Of a stretch of DNA of 32,000 nucleotides, positions 1-8,317 are shown piece by piece. A program made the position numbers and the translations under genes. Numbering within the stretch: position 1 is the first letter of the stretch; every line of letters starts with the position of its first letter. The DNA is from Aeropyrum pernix K1 (lineage in GTDB: Archaea; Thermoproteota; Thermoprotei_A; Sulfolobales; Acidilobaceae): the NCBI RefSeq assembly GCF_000011125.1, contig NC_000854.2, forward strand, positions 1,170,001 to 1,202,000, written 5' to 3'. The notes beneath the pieces are model-generated. The model was not told the origin of the DNA, made no database searches, and saw nothing but the letters and a program-made list of their open reading frames with translations.

Positions 1-2317
1 CCCTGTTCCTCAACCCTCTCCTAATCCTCCTACCCCTCACCGCCTGCTGCCCTAACATTGCTGCCATCTGGCTTATATTAACGTCACTACCCCTAGCACC
101 TGTTCTGGCCATGACGAACACGTCGTTGAACGGGTCTAGATTGTTAGAAGCAACCTCCTGGACCCTCTTCCTTAGCTCATCTAAAACCTCCATAATCTTT
201 ATCTCAAGACTCTCCTCCAGGCTTCTACCGGGTATGGGCTCTAGAGTCCCCTTTCTATACTCTTCTATTATACTGTACACTCTCCCCTTGTACTCGCGTA
301 TTAGCTCCTCGATCTCCTGCTTCGCCCTATCTGGCAGGTCTATGTCGTGGAGAGATATCGTGAGGCCTCTTAGCTCGAGCATTCTTATGAACATCCTGTA
401 GAAACTGTCGAGAAGCTGTCTCGCCTTAGAGTTGCCGTACTCGAGCGCTATAATGTGGAGCAGATTATTGGGCTCCTCGGCACCTATAGCCTTCTTATCT
501 AGGACCCCCTCAAGGAGCTTCCCGTTGGTTATAACTATATAGCTGTCGTGCAGGCAGAGCTCGTCGCTGCATGCGAGGTCTCCCGCATTAGTCTTGCTCT
601 TACCCTTGAAGCTTAGGTCCTCAGGCAGGAATATGGAAGCCAGCTGCTTACCCGTCCAGAGGGGTTCAGGCTTTAGGATTGCGGGCTCAGGCAGATCGCC
701 CTTGTAGCCAGCCACGCTTAGGAGCCTCTCCACCTCCTCCTTAGTGAACAGCCTGGTCTTCACTGTTAGAAGGTAAGCTCCGCTTACATAATCTTGCCTA
801 CCACCTATTATTGGACCTCCATATCTAGGCGTTAGTATATGCTTCTCAACAAGCATTATCTCCCTTGCCTCGGCCTGCGCCTCCTCCAGCCTGGGTACGT
901 GAAGGTTCATCTCGTCACCGTCGAAGTCCGCATTGTATGGCGGGCACACGAGGAGGTTGAGCCTGAACGTCTTCCCCGGCATAACCCTCACTATGTGGCC
1001 CATAATAGACATTCTATGAAGGCTCGGCTGTCTGTTGAAGAGGACTATGTCGCCGTTTATCAGATGCCTCTCAACAACATCCCCCGGCTCTAGGCTCTCA
1101 GCCAGCTTCTCATAATCCTTGAAGAACCTCAGGTCGTACTTCTTCCTCTCGGAGGCCTTGTAAACAAACAGCGCGCCCGGCCACTTATCAGGCCCGTTGA
1201 GCACATACCTCCTCGCCTCCTCTAGGTTGTATGGGGTCACCCTCATGGCTATAGTCAGAGTCTTAGCTATCTCCTCTGGAACGCCGACCTCGTTGATGCT
1301 TATATACGGGTCAGGGCTTATCACAGTCCGGGCCGAATAGTTAACCCTCTTACCGGATAGGTTACCCCTAATCCTCCCGTCCTTCCCTTTAAGCCTTTGG
1401 GCTAGAGTCTTCAGATACCTCTTCCTCCTGTGTGTAAGTCTTCTAGCTCCCGGCAGCTCGTTGTCTATGTAGGCGGCAACCATTTCCTGTAGAACCATCC
1501 AGTTCTCCTCTATAAGCGTCTCCGGCGCGTTAGTAACTATGACGTTCCTAAGCTTCTCGTTCTGCCTCACTATCTCCGCTAGCGCATGTGTAAGATCATC
1601 TTCCGATCTTAGACCCGTCTCAAGCGTTATAGAAGGCCTGACGGCCAGGGGTGGCACTATGAGGACTGTGGCCACCATCCATTCGGGCCTAGACCTCTCG
1701 GGGTGGACGCCTAGTATCTCTATCTCGCTGCCAGTCTTCTCAAGCCTCTCACGTATCTCTGACGGTGTTAGTTTAACATCTCCTTCAGGCTTCTTCTCGT
1801 AGAAGTGGAAGGGTCTTATGTAAACCACTTTATACTGCGGCTTACCGCAGTGTGGACACTGGGTGGCCTGAGCAGCCTCTTTAACAACCATTGTGGCAAA
1901 CGTCTTAGCCAGCTGCGGCCACTTCCCCCTGAGCCTCCTGAAAATCAGCCTATAATACTTGATCTTCTCTTCGGGGAGGGTTATCCTGCCGCAAACTCTG
2001 CAGGTCGCCTGTAGAATCTTGTAGACGTAGTCGGTGTAATGGGGTATGAGCACCGGCCTTGCGAGCTCTATCTTGCCGAAGTGCCCTGGACACTCTTCCC
2101 TGCTGTTGCCACATACAGGGCATCTTTCACCCGGCTCTATGGCCCCGAAGTGTGGATCCCTCAACCCTCCTGAGACTGGGGTTCCATCAGCCTCGTACAG
2201 ATCACCCCTCACAACGGTGACCTTGGCCAGCTGCCTTATCTCATGGGGGCTTAAGACGCCAAAGAGTATCTTATCTAGAAGGTTTGTCTCGCGGAACTCC
2301 GAGAGCCTTAGAGACAT
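1..2317 (-). CDS. rpoA1: DNA-directed RNA polymerase subunit A' (Rpo1N); first ~772 codons, 3' end runs off the left edge
   Basis: Absent from the ORF track because it has no stop in the window. A reverse-strand ATG at 2317..2315 opens a frame I translated by hand: MSLRLSEFRETNLLDKILFGVLSPHEIRQLAKV...CPVCGNSREECPGHFGKIELARPV (zinc-binding clamp motif). The universal catalytic motif NADFDGDEMNLH is encoded near 903-945. The frame stays open to position 1. It lies 42 nt downstream of rpoB, matching the archaeal rpoH-rpoB-rpoA1 order. Confidence 0.93.
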   Translation of the reverse strand, partial: MSLRLSEFRETNLLDKILFGVLSPHEIRQLAKVTVVRGDLYEADGTPVSGGLRDPHFGAIEPGERCPVCGNSREECPGHFGKIELARPVLIPHYTDYVYKILQATCRVCGRITLPEEKIKYYRLIFRRLRGKWPQLAKTFATMVVKEAAQATQCPHCGKPQYKVVYIRPFHFYEKKPEGDVKLTPSEIRERLEKTGSEIEILGVHPERSRPEWMVATVLIVPPLAVRPSITLETGLRSEDDLTHALAEIVRQNEKLRNVIVTNAPETLIEENWMVLQEMVAAYIDNELPGARRLTHRRKRYLKTLAQRLKGKDGRIRGNLSGKRVNYSARTVISPDPYISINEVGVPEEIAKTLTIAMRVTPYNLEEARRYVLNGPDKWPGALFVYKASERKKYDLRFFKDYEKLAESLEPGDVVERHLINGDIVLFNRQPSLHRMSIMGHIVRVMPGKTFRLNLLVCPPYNADFDGDEMNLHVPRLEEAQAEAREIMLVEKHILTPRYGGPIIGGRQDYVSGAYLLTVKTRLFTKEEVERLLSVAGYKGDLPEPAILKPEPLWTGKQLASIFLPEDLSFKGKSKTNAGDLACSDELCLHDSYIVITNGKLLEGVLDKKAIGAEEPNNLLHIIALEYGNSKARQLLDSFYRMFIRMLELRGLTISLHDIDLPDRAKQEIEELIREYKGRVYSIIEEYRKGTLEPIPGRSLEESLEIKIMEVLDELRKRVQEVASNNLDPFNDVFVMARTGARGSDVNISQMAAMLGQQAVRGRRIRRGLRNR

Positions 2318-2359
2318 AGCACCCAACACCCCCGAAATCCGAGAATTAAAATGGGGTAA

Positions 2360-5300
2360 TCATGTATAGTCGCCGACGACTTTTCTGATGACGGATATCT
2401 TGTCGGCTACCTTGAGTTCCGGCTTTATCATCATACTGGTTATCTCCTGCAGCAGCAGTTTGAACGCGTAGGGTACTTTGACAGGCCTGATGTCACCCTC
2501 CTCTCCATGTATGGGGCATTCGAGCACTTTCTTCCTCCTGTTAAACCACGCTATATTCCCACAAGTGTTACACACGTACATCACGTACGCGTCGCTGTTG
2601 TCCAGCATCCTGTCCCTAAGCAGCATGGAGGCTCCATGGCCCACCAAACAGTCCCTCTCCATCTCTCCGAACCTGAGGCCTCCCTGACGGGCCTTACCCT
2701 CGGTAGGCTGCCTAGTCAATAGATGCACCCTTCCAGTAGCCCTTGCGTGGATCTTGTCTGCAACCATGTGATAAAGTCTCTGATAGTATGCGACACCGAT
2801 TGTTATCGGTGCCTCTATAATCTGCCCTGTCCTACCGTCGTACATAACCTCCCTCGCGTTCGGATCGTAGCCCTCCTTCAACAGCTCTATCCTCAGTCCA
2901 TCTATATCCTCCTTAAAGAAGGGGGTGGCATCCACGAATCTGCCCTTAATAGCTCCGAGCTTTCCAGCGATCTCCTCTAGAAGCTGGCCGACAGTCATCC
3001 TAGAGGGTATGGCGTGCGGGTTAAGTATAACGTCGGGCTCTATACCCTCCTCCGTGTATGGCATGTCATACCTCGGGAATATCATGCCTATAACCCCCTT
3101 CTGCCCGTGCCTGCTGGCGAACTTGTCCCCTATCTCTGGTATCCTCAGGTTTCTAACCCTGACCTTCACTAGCTTATTCCTCTCGACTGTTGTGGATATG
3201 ACAACCATATCAACAACCCCCTTCTCACCCAGCCTCATCGGTATGCTTGTGTCACGCCTCCTAACGGTAGCCATCGATATAACCCTGCCTTCGCCGAGGA
3301 ACCTGGGCGGGCTTACCCTGCCTATCAGGATCTCGCCGCCCTCAACCTCGGTTTCGGGGGCTACTATTCCATCGGCCTCTAGCTTCGCGTATGCCGCTGC
3401 ACCCCTATAGTCGTAAACCTCGTCAGGCTTCGGCAGGGTTATCCTGTCTCTCTCGCCGCCGGGATACTCATTCTCTATTCCAGTGTATACACGGAAGAAG
3501 TAGGCCCTCGCCAGTCCCATGTCTATCGATCCCTTGTTGAATATCAGCGCGTCCTCAATGTTGTATCCCGTGTATGACATTATAGCGACTACCATATTCT
3601 GCCCGGCCGGCCTCTCGTTATAGCCCATTATGTCCAGCATCCTAGTCTGGACTATAGGTACCTGCGGGTACTGAAGCAGGTATGAGTGGCTGTCAAGCCT
3701 TATCCTATAGTTTAGAGCGTAGACACCGAGGGCCTGCTTAGCCATAGCAGCCTGGTAGGTGTTCCTCGGGCTCTGGTTGTGCTCCAGGTACCCAATGGTG
3801 GCTGCAGCGACACCAACTATCGCTGGCACCCATAGCTCCATGTGGGTATGCTCCTTAGTGACCTCCCAGGGCAGCTCAGCTATTAACGCGTTCTGCTCCT
3901 CCTCGGGGTCCAGCATCTCCACTACTCCCTGTTTAACGAGATCCCAGAACGTTATTTCGCCTCTCGACAGCTTCTCCACATGTTCCCTGGTAAGCTTAGG
4001 CTCCCCGTTCTCAACCACTACAACAGGCCTCATGAGCCTGCCGGAGTCGGTGTTTACGTAAAGCTCGTCTATCTCGCCCTCTCTCAGGTGATATACGCTA
4101 ACCTCCCAAGGCCTCTCAACCTCGAGCTTGTCACTCCTCCTAAGCTCCCTAATCTTCCTCGCAAGCTCAGCACCGTTAGGGTGATAGCCGAGAGGCCTCC
4201 CATTTATGAAAACCTTGGTACCCTTCAACATTATCTCCGGCGGCTCGCCCGCCTGTTTCGCCTCTTCCAGGATTCTCTCTAGAGGCGCCACTCCCAGGTC
4301 CTTAACGAGGATCTCCTCAACAACAGACTCATCCACACCGACAGATATGTAGGCTGAAAGTGCAAGGTTCTTCACAAGACCACAGTTTATGCCCTCAGGA
4401 GTCTCGAAGGGGCAGTAGCGCCCCCAGTGGGAGCCGTGGAGGTCTCTCGCCTCGAAGTGGGCCTGACCTCTGCTTAGAGGCGATATAACCCTCCTAAGAT
4501 GGCTGAGCAGGCTTATCCAGTTTGTCCTATCCAACTGCTGGCTTATACCAGTACGGTCCTGACCCCAGTTGCCAGTGGCTATGGCGCCCTTGAGCCTGTC
4601 ACTTATTATGGTTGGTCTGACGAGGAAGTCCAGCCTTATTTGCCTCCTCTCGGCCAGCTGCTCCTCGAGCTTCTGGGCCATAGTATTCGCCAGAGCCTCT
4701 AGGGATTCTCTGAATAGCTCTGCTATAAGATCGCCTGCCAGCCTCAGCCTCTTATTGCCGAGGAAGTCTTTATCATCCTCGCCCCTCTTACCTAGATACA
4801 GTTGTAGAACCCTGTTAGCCATCTCAGCCAGGAAGTACGCCTTCTTTATCCTGTCCTCAGGCCTGTTGCCAAGGTGGGGCAGCAGCTGCGTGTCCAGGAA
4901 CTCCTCTGCCCTTCTTATCCTAACATCCAGCGGCTGTCCCGGGGCTATCCTATTGCCCAGGTATTTGAGGGCGTCCTCTTTAGTGGGTGCGAGAGCCCTA
5001 CCCTTCTCAAGGCTGGGTAACATCTCCCTCTGCACATCCGGATCAGCGCTGACAGCAAGCATTATCTCCATATCCTTTTCCAACCCTAGGGCCCTTAGGA
5101 GAACCACAAGGGGTATCCTATACCTCAGCCTGCTTAGACTGGCCTCGAGTGTGCCGTCGCTCATCCTATCCACTATGGCTTGCCTCCTAAGTCCTAGAAC
5201 TGTTGAGACTGCCTTAGCGGTATGCGTAATTCTGGCGGTAGCTGCTGTGCTCTTGTTAACTATAATCCTGTTTACCGCTAGATCCTCCTGGGCAACTATG

Positions 5301-5869
5301 ACTTTTTCGCTCCCGTTTATTATGAAGTAGCCGCCGGGATCTCCGGGGTCCTCACCCATCTCTATAACAGTTTCCTCATCGTACTTGGATAGAGGGTCTA
5401 GAACGCTCTTCACCATAACCGGGAAGTCGGCTATCTTAACCTCACGTGTCTTCTCTATCATGTTATCCTGCACTATAGTCATCTCCACCATCAGAGGTGC
5501 AGAGTAGGTTATCCCCCTCACACGGCACTCGAAGGGTGTGACACGCCTGTCGAAACTCTCTATGACCTCCCTTGCCATAGGCTCCTTAAACCTAGCCTTC
5601 CCAAATACAATCTTCACGTCGGGAAGATGAATCTCGTGCTCCTCAAACCTTCCACGCCTATACCTCCTTCTACCCGCATAGATCCTCCACTGCGGCCTGA
5701 CCTCCCTAATACTGTCGATTATCTTCTGTATCTCCTGCGTAACAAGCCTGTTGAAAGAGTCTAGATGCTGCCTAGCAAGGCCGGTTTCCCTGATAAACGA
5801 CTTATACACCGTCCAAAGCTCGTCCACACCTATTTCTCCGCTACGCTGACCTCCCCCCTTGTTAGACAC
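2360..5869 (-). CDS. rpoB: DNA-directed RNA polymerase subunit B (unsplit Rpo2)
   Basis: 1169-aa ORF with conserved Rpb2-type blocks: GDKFASRHGQKGV, GGLRFGEMERDCL, and a C-terminal Zn ribbon CNTCGNIAWFNRRKKVLECPIHG. The GTG start at 5869 is 1 nt after the rpoH stop. A single unsplit B subunit is the crenarchaeal arrangement. Confidence 0.97.
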   Translation of the reverse strand: MSNKGGGQRSGEIGVDELWTVYKSFIRETGLARQHLDSFNRLVTQEIQKIIDSIREVRPQWRIYAGRRRYRRGRFEEHEIHLPDVKIVFGKARFKEPMAREVIESFDRRVTPFECRVRGITYSAPLMVEMTIVQDNMIEKTREVKIADFPVMVKSVLDPLSKYDEETVIEMGEDPGDPGGYFIINGSEKVIVAQEDLAVNRIIVNKSTAATARITHTAKAVSTVLGLRRQAIVDRMSDGTLEASLSRLRYRIPLVVLLRALGLEKDMEIMLAVSADPDVQREMLPSLEKGRALAPTKEDALKYLGNRIAPGQPLDVRIRRAEEFLDTQLLPHLGNRPEDRIKKAYFLAEMANRVLQLYLGKRGEDDKDFLGNKRLRLAGDLIAELFRESLEALANTMAQKLEEQLAERRQIRLDFLVRPTIISDRLKGAIATGNWGQDRTGISQQLDRTNWISLLSHLRRVISPLSRGQAHFEARDLHGSHWGRYCPFETPEGINCGLVKNLALSAYISVGVDESVVEEILVKDLGVAPLERILEEAKQAGEPPEIMLKGTKVFINGRPLGYHPNGAELARKIRELRRSDKLEVERPWEVSVYHLREGEIDELYVNTDSGRLMRPVVVVENGEPKLTREHVEKLSRGEITFWDLVKQGVVEMLDPEEEQNALIAELPWEVTKEHTHMELWVPAIVGVAAATIGYLEHNQSPRNTYQAAMAKQALGVYALNYRIRLDSHSYLLQYPQVPIVQTRMLDIMGYNERPAGQNMVVAIMSYTGYNIEDALIFNKGSIDMGLARAYFFRVYTGIENEYPGGERDRITLPKPDEVYDYRGAAAYAKLEADGIVAPETEVEGGEILIGRVSPPRFLGEGRVISMATVRRRDTSIPMRLGEKGVVDMVVISTTVERNKLVKVRVRNLRIPEIGDKFASRHGQKGVIGMIFPRYDMPYTEEGIEPDVILNPHAIPSRMTVGQLLEEIAGKLGAIKGRFVDATPFFKEDIDGLRIELLKEGYDPNAREVMYDGRTGQIIEAPITIGVAYYQRLYHMVADKIHARATGRVHLLTRQPTEGKARQGGLRFGEMERDCLVGHGASMLLRDRMLDNSDAYVMYVCNTCGNIAWFNRRKKVLECPIHGEEGDIRPVKVPYAFKLLLQEITSMMIKPELKVADKISVIRKVVGDYT

Positions 5870-5870
5870 A

Positions 5871-6143
5871 CTACTTCACCCCCTTCTGGTAGGCCACTAC
5901 AAACCTATAGTACTTCGCCTCGCCAGCCGTGTAGCTGCGCCTAGTTATCTCGATAATATCCCCCGGCTTAGCCTTCAGAAGACGAGCTATAGGATCGTTC
6001 ACGCTAATCTTCGGCAGCTGCCAAGGCTTAATTCCTAGCATCTTCAAAACCTGGACTGCCTCCTCAATAGAGAGGAGTCTATGCTCAGGAACATACTCAT
6101 GCTCCAGGATAACCCTACTAGACTTACGAGTCTTAGAGGACAC
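5871..6143 (-). CDS. rpoH: DNA-directed RNA polymerase subunit H (Rpo5)
   Basis: 90-aa ORF with the Rpb5 C-terminal-domain pattern: HEYVPEHRLLS..EEA..VL......PWQLPKI..NDP.A......PGDIIEITRRS.TAGE..YYRFVV. GTG start at 6143 preceded by a G-rich SD-like run. It is the first gene of the rpoH-B-A operon. Confidence 0.9.
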   Translation of the reverse strand: MSSKTRKSSRVILEHEYVPEHRLLSIEEAVQVLKMLGIKPWQLPKISVNDPIARLLKAKPGDIIEITRRSYTAGEAKYYRFVVAYQKGVK

Positions 6144-6237
6144 CTAGGGAGACCCCCCACTACCCACAACACACATTCTATCCAGGCCTAATTAACTTCA
6201 AACACCGGAATACCCCCGCATGCTTAAAGCCCTGCGT

Positions 6238-6248
6238 CAAAAATAACC
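6238..6248 (+). promoter_or_regulatory. TATA-like box (TCAAAAATAAC) upstream of tRNA-Lys
   Basis: A/T-rich element centred about 24 nt upstream of the tRNA 5' end at 6267, the usual archaeal TATA-to-start distance. No experimental support. Confidence 0.4.
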
Positions 6249-6266
6249 TTATGAGAGGCCGGGAGT

Positions 6267-6379
6267 GGGCCCGTAGCTCAGCCCGGCAGAGCGGCGGGCT
6301 TTTAACCCGTAGAGGGGAGTTGAGGGGCCTCGTCCTGGCCCCGCGGAAGTCCCGGGTTCAAATCCCGGCGGGCCCGCCA
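6267..6379 (+). tRNA. tRNA-Lys (anticodon UUU) with an intron of ~36 nt; 3' CCA is encoded
   Basis: Hand fold: acceptor GGGCCCG/CGGGCCC, D arm GCTC-AGCCCGGCA-GAGC, anticodon stem GCGGG, loop CTTTTAA (TTT at 6301..6303), T arm CCGGG-TTCAAAT-CCCGG, discriminator G, then CCA. Total length is 113 nt against 77 nt expected, so ~36 nt are intronic, 3' of the anticodon loop. The insert contains a GGGGCC-tcgtcct-GGCCCC hairpin. Exact splice sites are unresolved. Confidence 0.85.
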
Positions 6380-6681
6380 CAACAGCCCCCGCCCAAGGGG
6401 GCCGAGCATAGGGCTCCTCTATCCTCATTGTCGTCCAAAGTTAGCGCGCACAACACTCCATACTATCCTAGCTATAGCTAATGGCTATCTAGCTGCTCAG
6501 GCCTTCTCGCCGCCTGATTGCCTGCACCCTGTATTAACACATGTTGACAGCACGCCTCTAGAAGCCAGCTCGCCTAGGGGTGTGGCTAGCTCGAGAGGGT
6601 AAACAGTAATACCTCCGCTCTCTATACATCTAGTCGAGGAGGCTATACAGGCCAGAGTTAGCCGTTTCCAACAGAGTATGC

Positions 6682-7470
6682 ATGGGGATAAGGTTGACAG
6701 GTTCTGCTGTGAAGCTAATGTCCCTGATAGATGGCAGCGGCCTGTTTATAGTCGAGGGAACACCCATACTCTATCATAAACCCTCCTCAACAATATTATT
6801 CTCTGATTTACATCTCGGGTACGAGCAGGCTATGGCCGAGGCAGGAGTCTTTCTCCCTCGCGTTCAGCTACGAAGAGCTATCTTGACTCTAGATAGGGTT
6901 GTGATGGGACTCAAGCCTAAAAAGGCTGTTATTGTCGGCGACATAAAACATGCGTTCGACAGGCTTTTGAAGCAGGAGGCCCTAGAAACCGCCAAGCTCT
7001 TGGAATGGTTATCAAGCAGAGGTGTTGACAAGGTTATTGTAATTAGGGGAAACCACGATAATTACATACCAGGTGTCGTAACTAAGAGTGGAGGGGAGTT
7101 CGTCGAGGATTATCTTGATGTTGATAAAGGGATCGTGGCTGTTCACGGCCACAAGAAGGCAGAGTTTGACGCCGATATTATTATAATAGGGCACGAACAC
7201 CCAGCTATCAAGATAAACGTTGCCGGTAGCAGGGTCAAATACCCGGCCTTTCTGATAGTACCCAGAGAGGATGGTGGAACTATAGTGGTGCTACCCGCCC
7301 TTGGTGTTTACCAGACAGGTAACCCCGTAACCCTTGATAGAAGCCTATACCTCTCGCCATATATTAGAGAGGAGGGTGTCGTGGAGGAGGCAGTTCCTAT
7401 AATTATAGATGAGAGTGTAGGCTCTCTAAAACTACCGCCTCTCAGAGAACTTGATAAAATATTGGGATAG
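6682..7470 (+). CDS. Metallophosphoesterase, SbcD/Mre11-related archaeal putative phosphoesterase (COG1407-like)
   Basis: 262-aa ORF with the calcineurin-like motif series in order: SDLHLGYE, GDIKH, GNHD, HGH, GHEH. Confidence 0.8.
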   Translation: MGIRLTGSAVKLMSLIDGSGLFIVEGTPILYHKPSSTILFSDLHLGYEQAMAEAGVFLPRVQLRRAILTLDRVVMGLKPKKAVIVGDIKHAFDRLLKQEALETAKLLEWLSSRGVDKVIVIRGNHDNYIPGVVTKSGGEFVEDYLDVDKGIVAVHGHKKAEFDADIIIIGHEHPAIKINVAGSRVKYPAFLIVPREDGGTIVVLPALGVYQTGNPVTLDRSLYLSPYIREEGVVEEAVPIIIDESVGSLKLPPLRELDKILG

Positions 7471-7551
7471 TGTATGGCTTAGCGTTCAGCGCTCAGCCCT
7501 GCTCATCACGCTCCATCTCAAAACAGCTTTCAGCAATCCCAGCCTTACTCA

Positions 7552-8172
7552 TCACTCCGCGATTCCTATAATGGCGTCTGCTTCCTTAAGCTTTCTGGCA
7601 ACTTTCTTAACAGCATCATAAACTTCGTTCTCCATCTTGGCGCCTGTGATAACCATCTTACCGCTGCTAAATATCAGCATGACAACCCTAGGCTCGTCCA
7701 TGCGGTATATAAGGCCGGGGAACTGTTCCGGCTCATATAGGCTGTTCTCGAACTCGAGTGCGGCCTTTTCAAGATCTATATAGACCTTGAGGTTTGCCGA
7801 CGCAACTATATTTTGTATCTGTATCTGGGGCTTACCGCTTATAGGTATACCCTGGTCGGCGAACGCTTTCAACAGTTTCTTAACAACATGTATAAGCTGG
7901 TTTATGCTTTTAGCACCTGTAATAACCATCTTACCGGACTTAAATATCAGAACTGTAACCCTCGGGCTCTCCAGCCTGTAAACAAGGCCTGGAAACTGGT
8001 CTGGGTTATAGTCCACATCCTGTATCTTAGTCTCAATCAGGTTCAGATCGAGCTGGTTCTCCAGGATAACCGTGGCAACTATATTCTCAATCTTAACTTC
8101 AGGCTTGGGAAGGCCTTCAACACCAGTGTCTATCTCTTTAACAAAGCTTATTTCCTCAGACACCACAGCCAC
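7552..8172 (-). CDS. tbp: TATA-box binding protein (TBP)
   Basis: Two tandem TBP repeats: [18 protein letters not shown]...[31 protein letters not shown] and [18 protein letters not shown]...[31 protein letters not shown]. The ORF track starts at ATG 8220, but that extension ([16 protein letters not shown]) is itself made of TATA-like palindromes. A GGAGG run at 8174..8178 precedes GTGs at 8172, 8166 and 8163, so I place the start at about 8163-8172. The stop at 7552 is firm. Confidence 0.9.
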   Translation of the reverse strand: MAVVSEEISFVKEIDTGVEGLPKPEVKIENIVATVILENQLDLNLIETKIQDVDYNPDQFPGLVYRLESPRVTVLIFKSGKMVITGAKSINQLIHVVKKLLKAFADQGIPISGKPQIQIQNIVASANLKVYIDLEKAALEFENSLYEPEQFPGLIYRMDEPRVVMLIFSSGKMVITGAKMENEVYDAVKKVARKLKEADAIIGIAE

Positions 8173-8188
8173 ACCTCCTACCTGGCAA

Positions 8189-8231
8189 CCTTTAAATCCT
8201 TTTAAAAGGGTTATTAGCATGCTTTATAAAG
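8189..8231 (-). promoter_or_regulatory. TBP gene promoter region with three TATA-like elements, two of them perfect palindromes
   Basis: CTTTATAAAG (8222..8231, perfect 10-nt palindrome), CCTTTTAAAAGG (8198..8209, perfect 12-nt palindrome) and CCTTTAAATCC (8189..8199). All lie 20-60 nt upstream of the GGAGG/GTG start region. Confidence 0.55.
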
Positions 8232-8317
8232 GGTTTGAATGCTGAACTATCAATACACTAGATAACGTGGGGATGACGAGGCGGGCAGCCTTTGAGGACG
8301 AAGTGACTGGCCTAGTC

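Noticed and set aside
2384-2431. TGATGA on the plus strand at ~2384 and ATGATGA on the minus strand at ~2425, considered as C-boxes of a C/D-box sRNA.
   Set aside because: No CUGA D-box lies at the right distance of 40-60 nt, and there are no terminal complementary stems. Both lie within the 3' coding end of rpoB (..SMMIKPELKVADKISVIRK..).
111-5330. Many plus-strand ORFs of 60-250 aa overlapping rpoA1 and rpoB, for example 2925..3410 and 4569..5330 (253 aa).
   Set aside because: They are antisense to unmistakable RNA polymerase genes. Their translations are Ser/Leu/Pro/Arg-rich low-complexity strings, typical of the reverse frames of GC-rich coding DNA. None has promoter or SD context.
5618-5689. 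An Arg-rich segment (YAGRRRYRRGRFEEHEI) near the RpoB N-terminus, considered as a lineage-specific insertion.
   Set aside because: This region is length-variable among Rpb2/RpoB homologues, as far as I recall. Without an alignment I cannot show it is an insertion.
6251-6481. 76-aa plus-strand ORF (MRGREWARSSARQSGGLL...).
   Set aside because: It is the translation of tRNA-Lys and its intron, which explains the open frame. The composition is Arg/Gly/Pro-rich.
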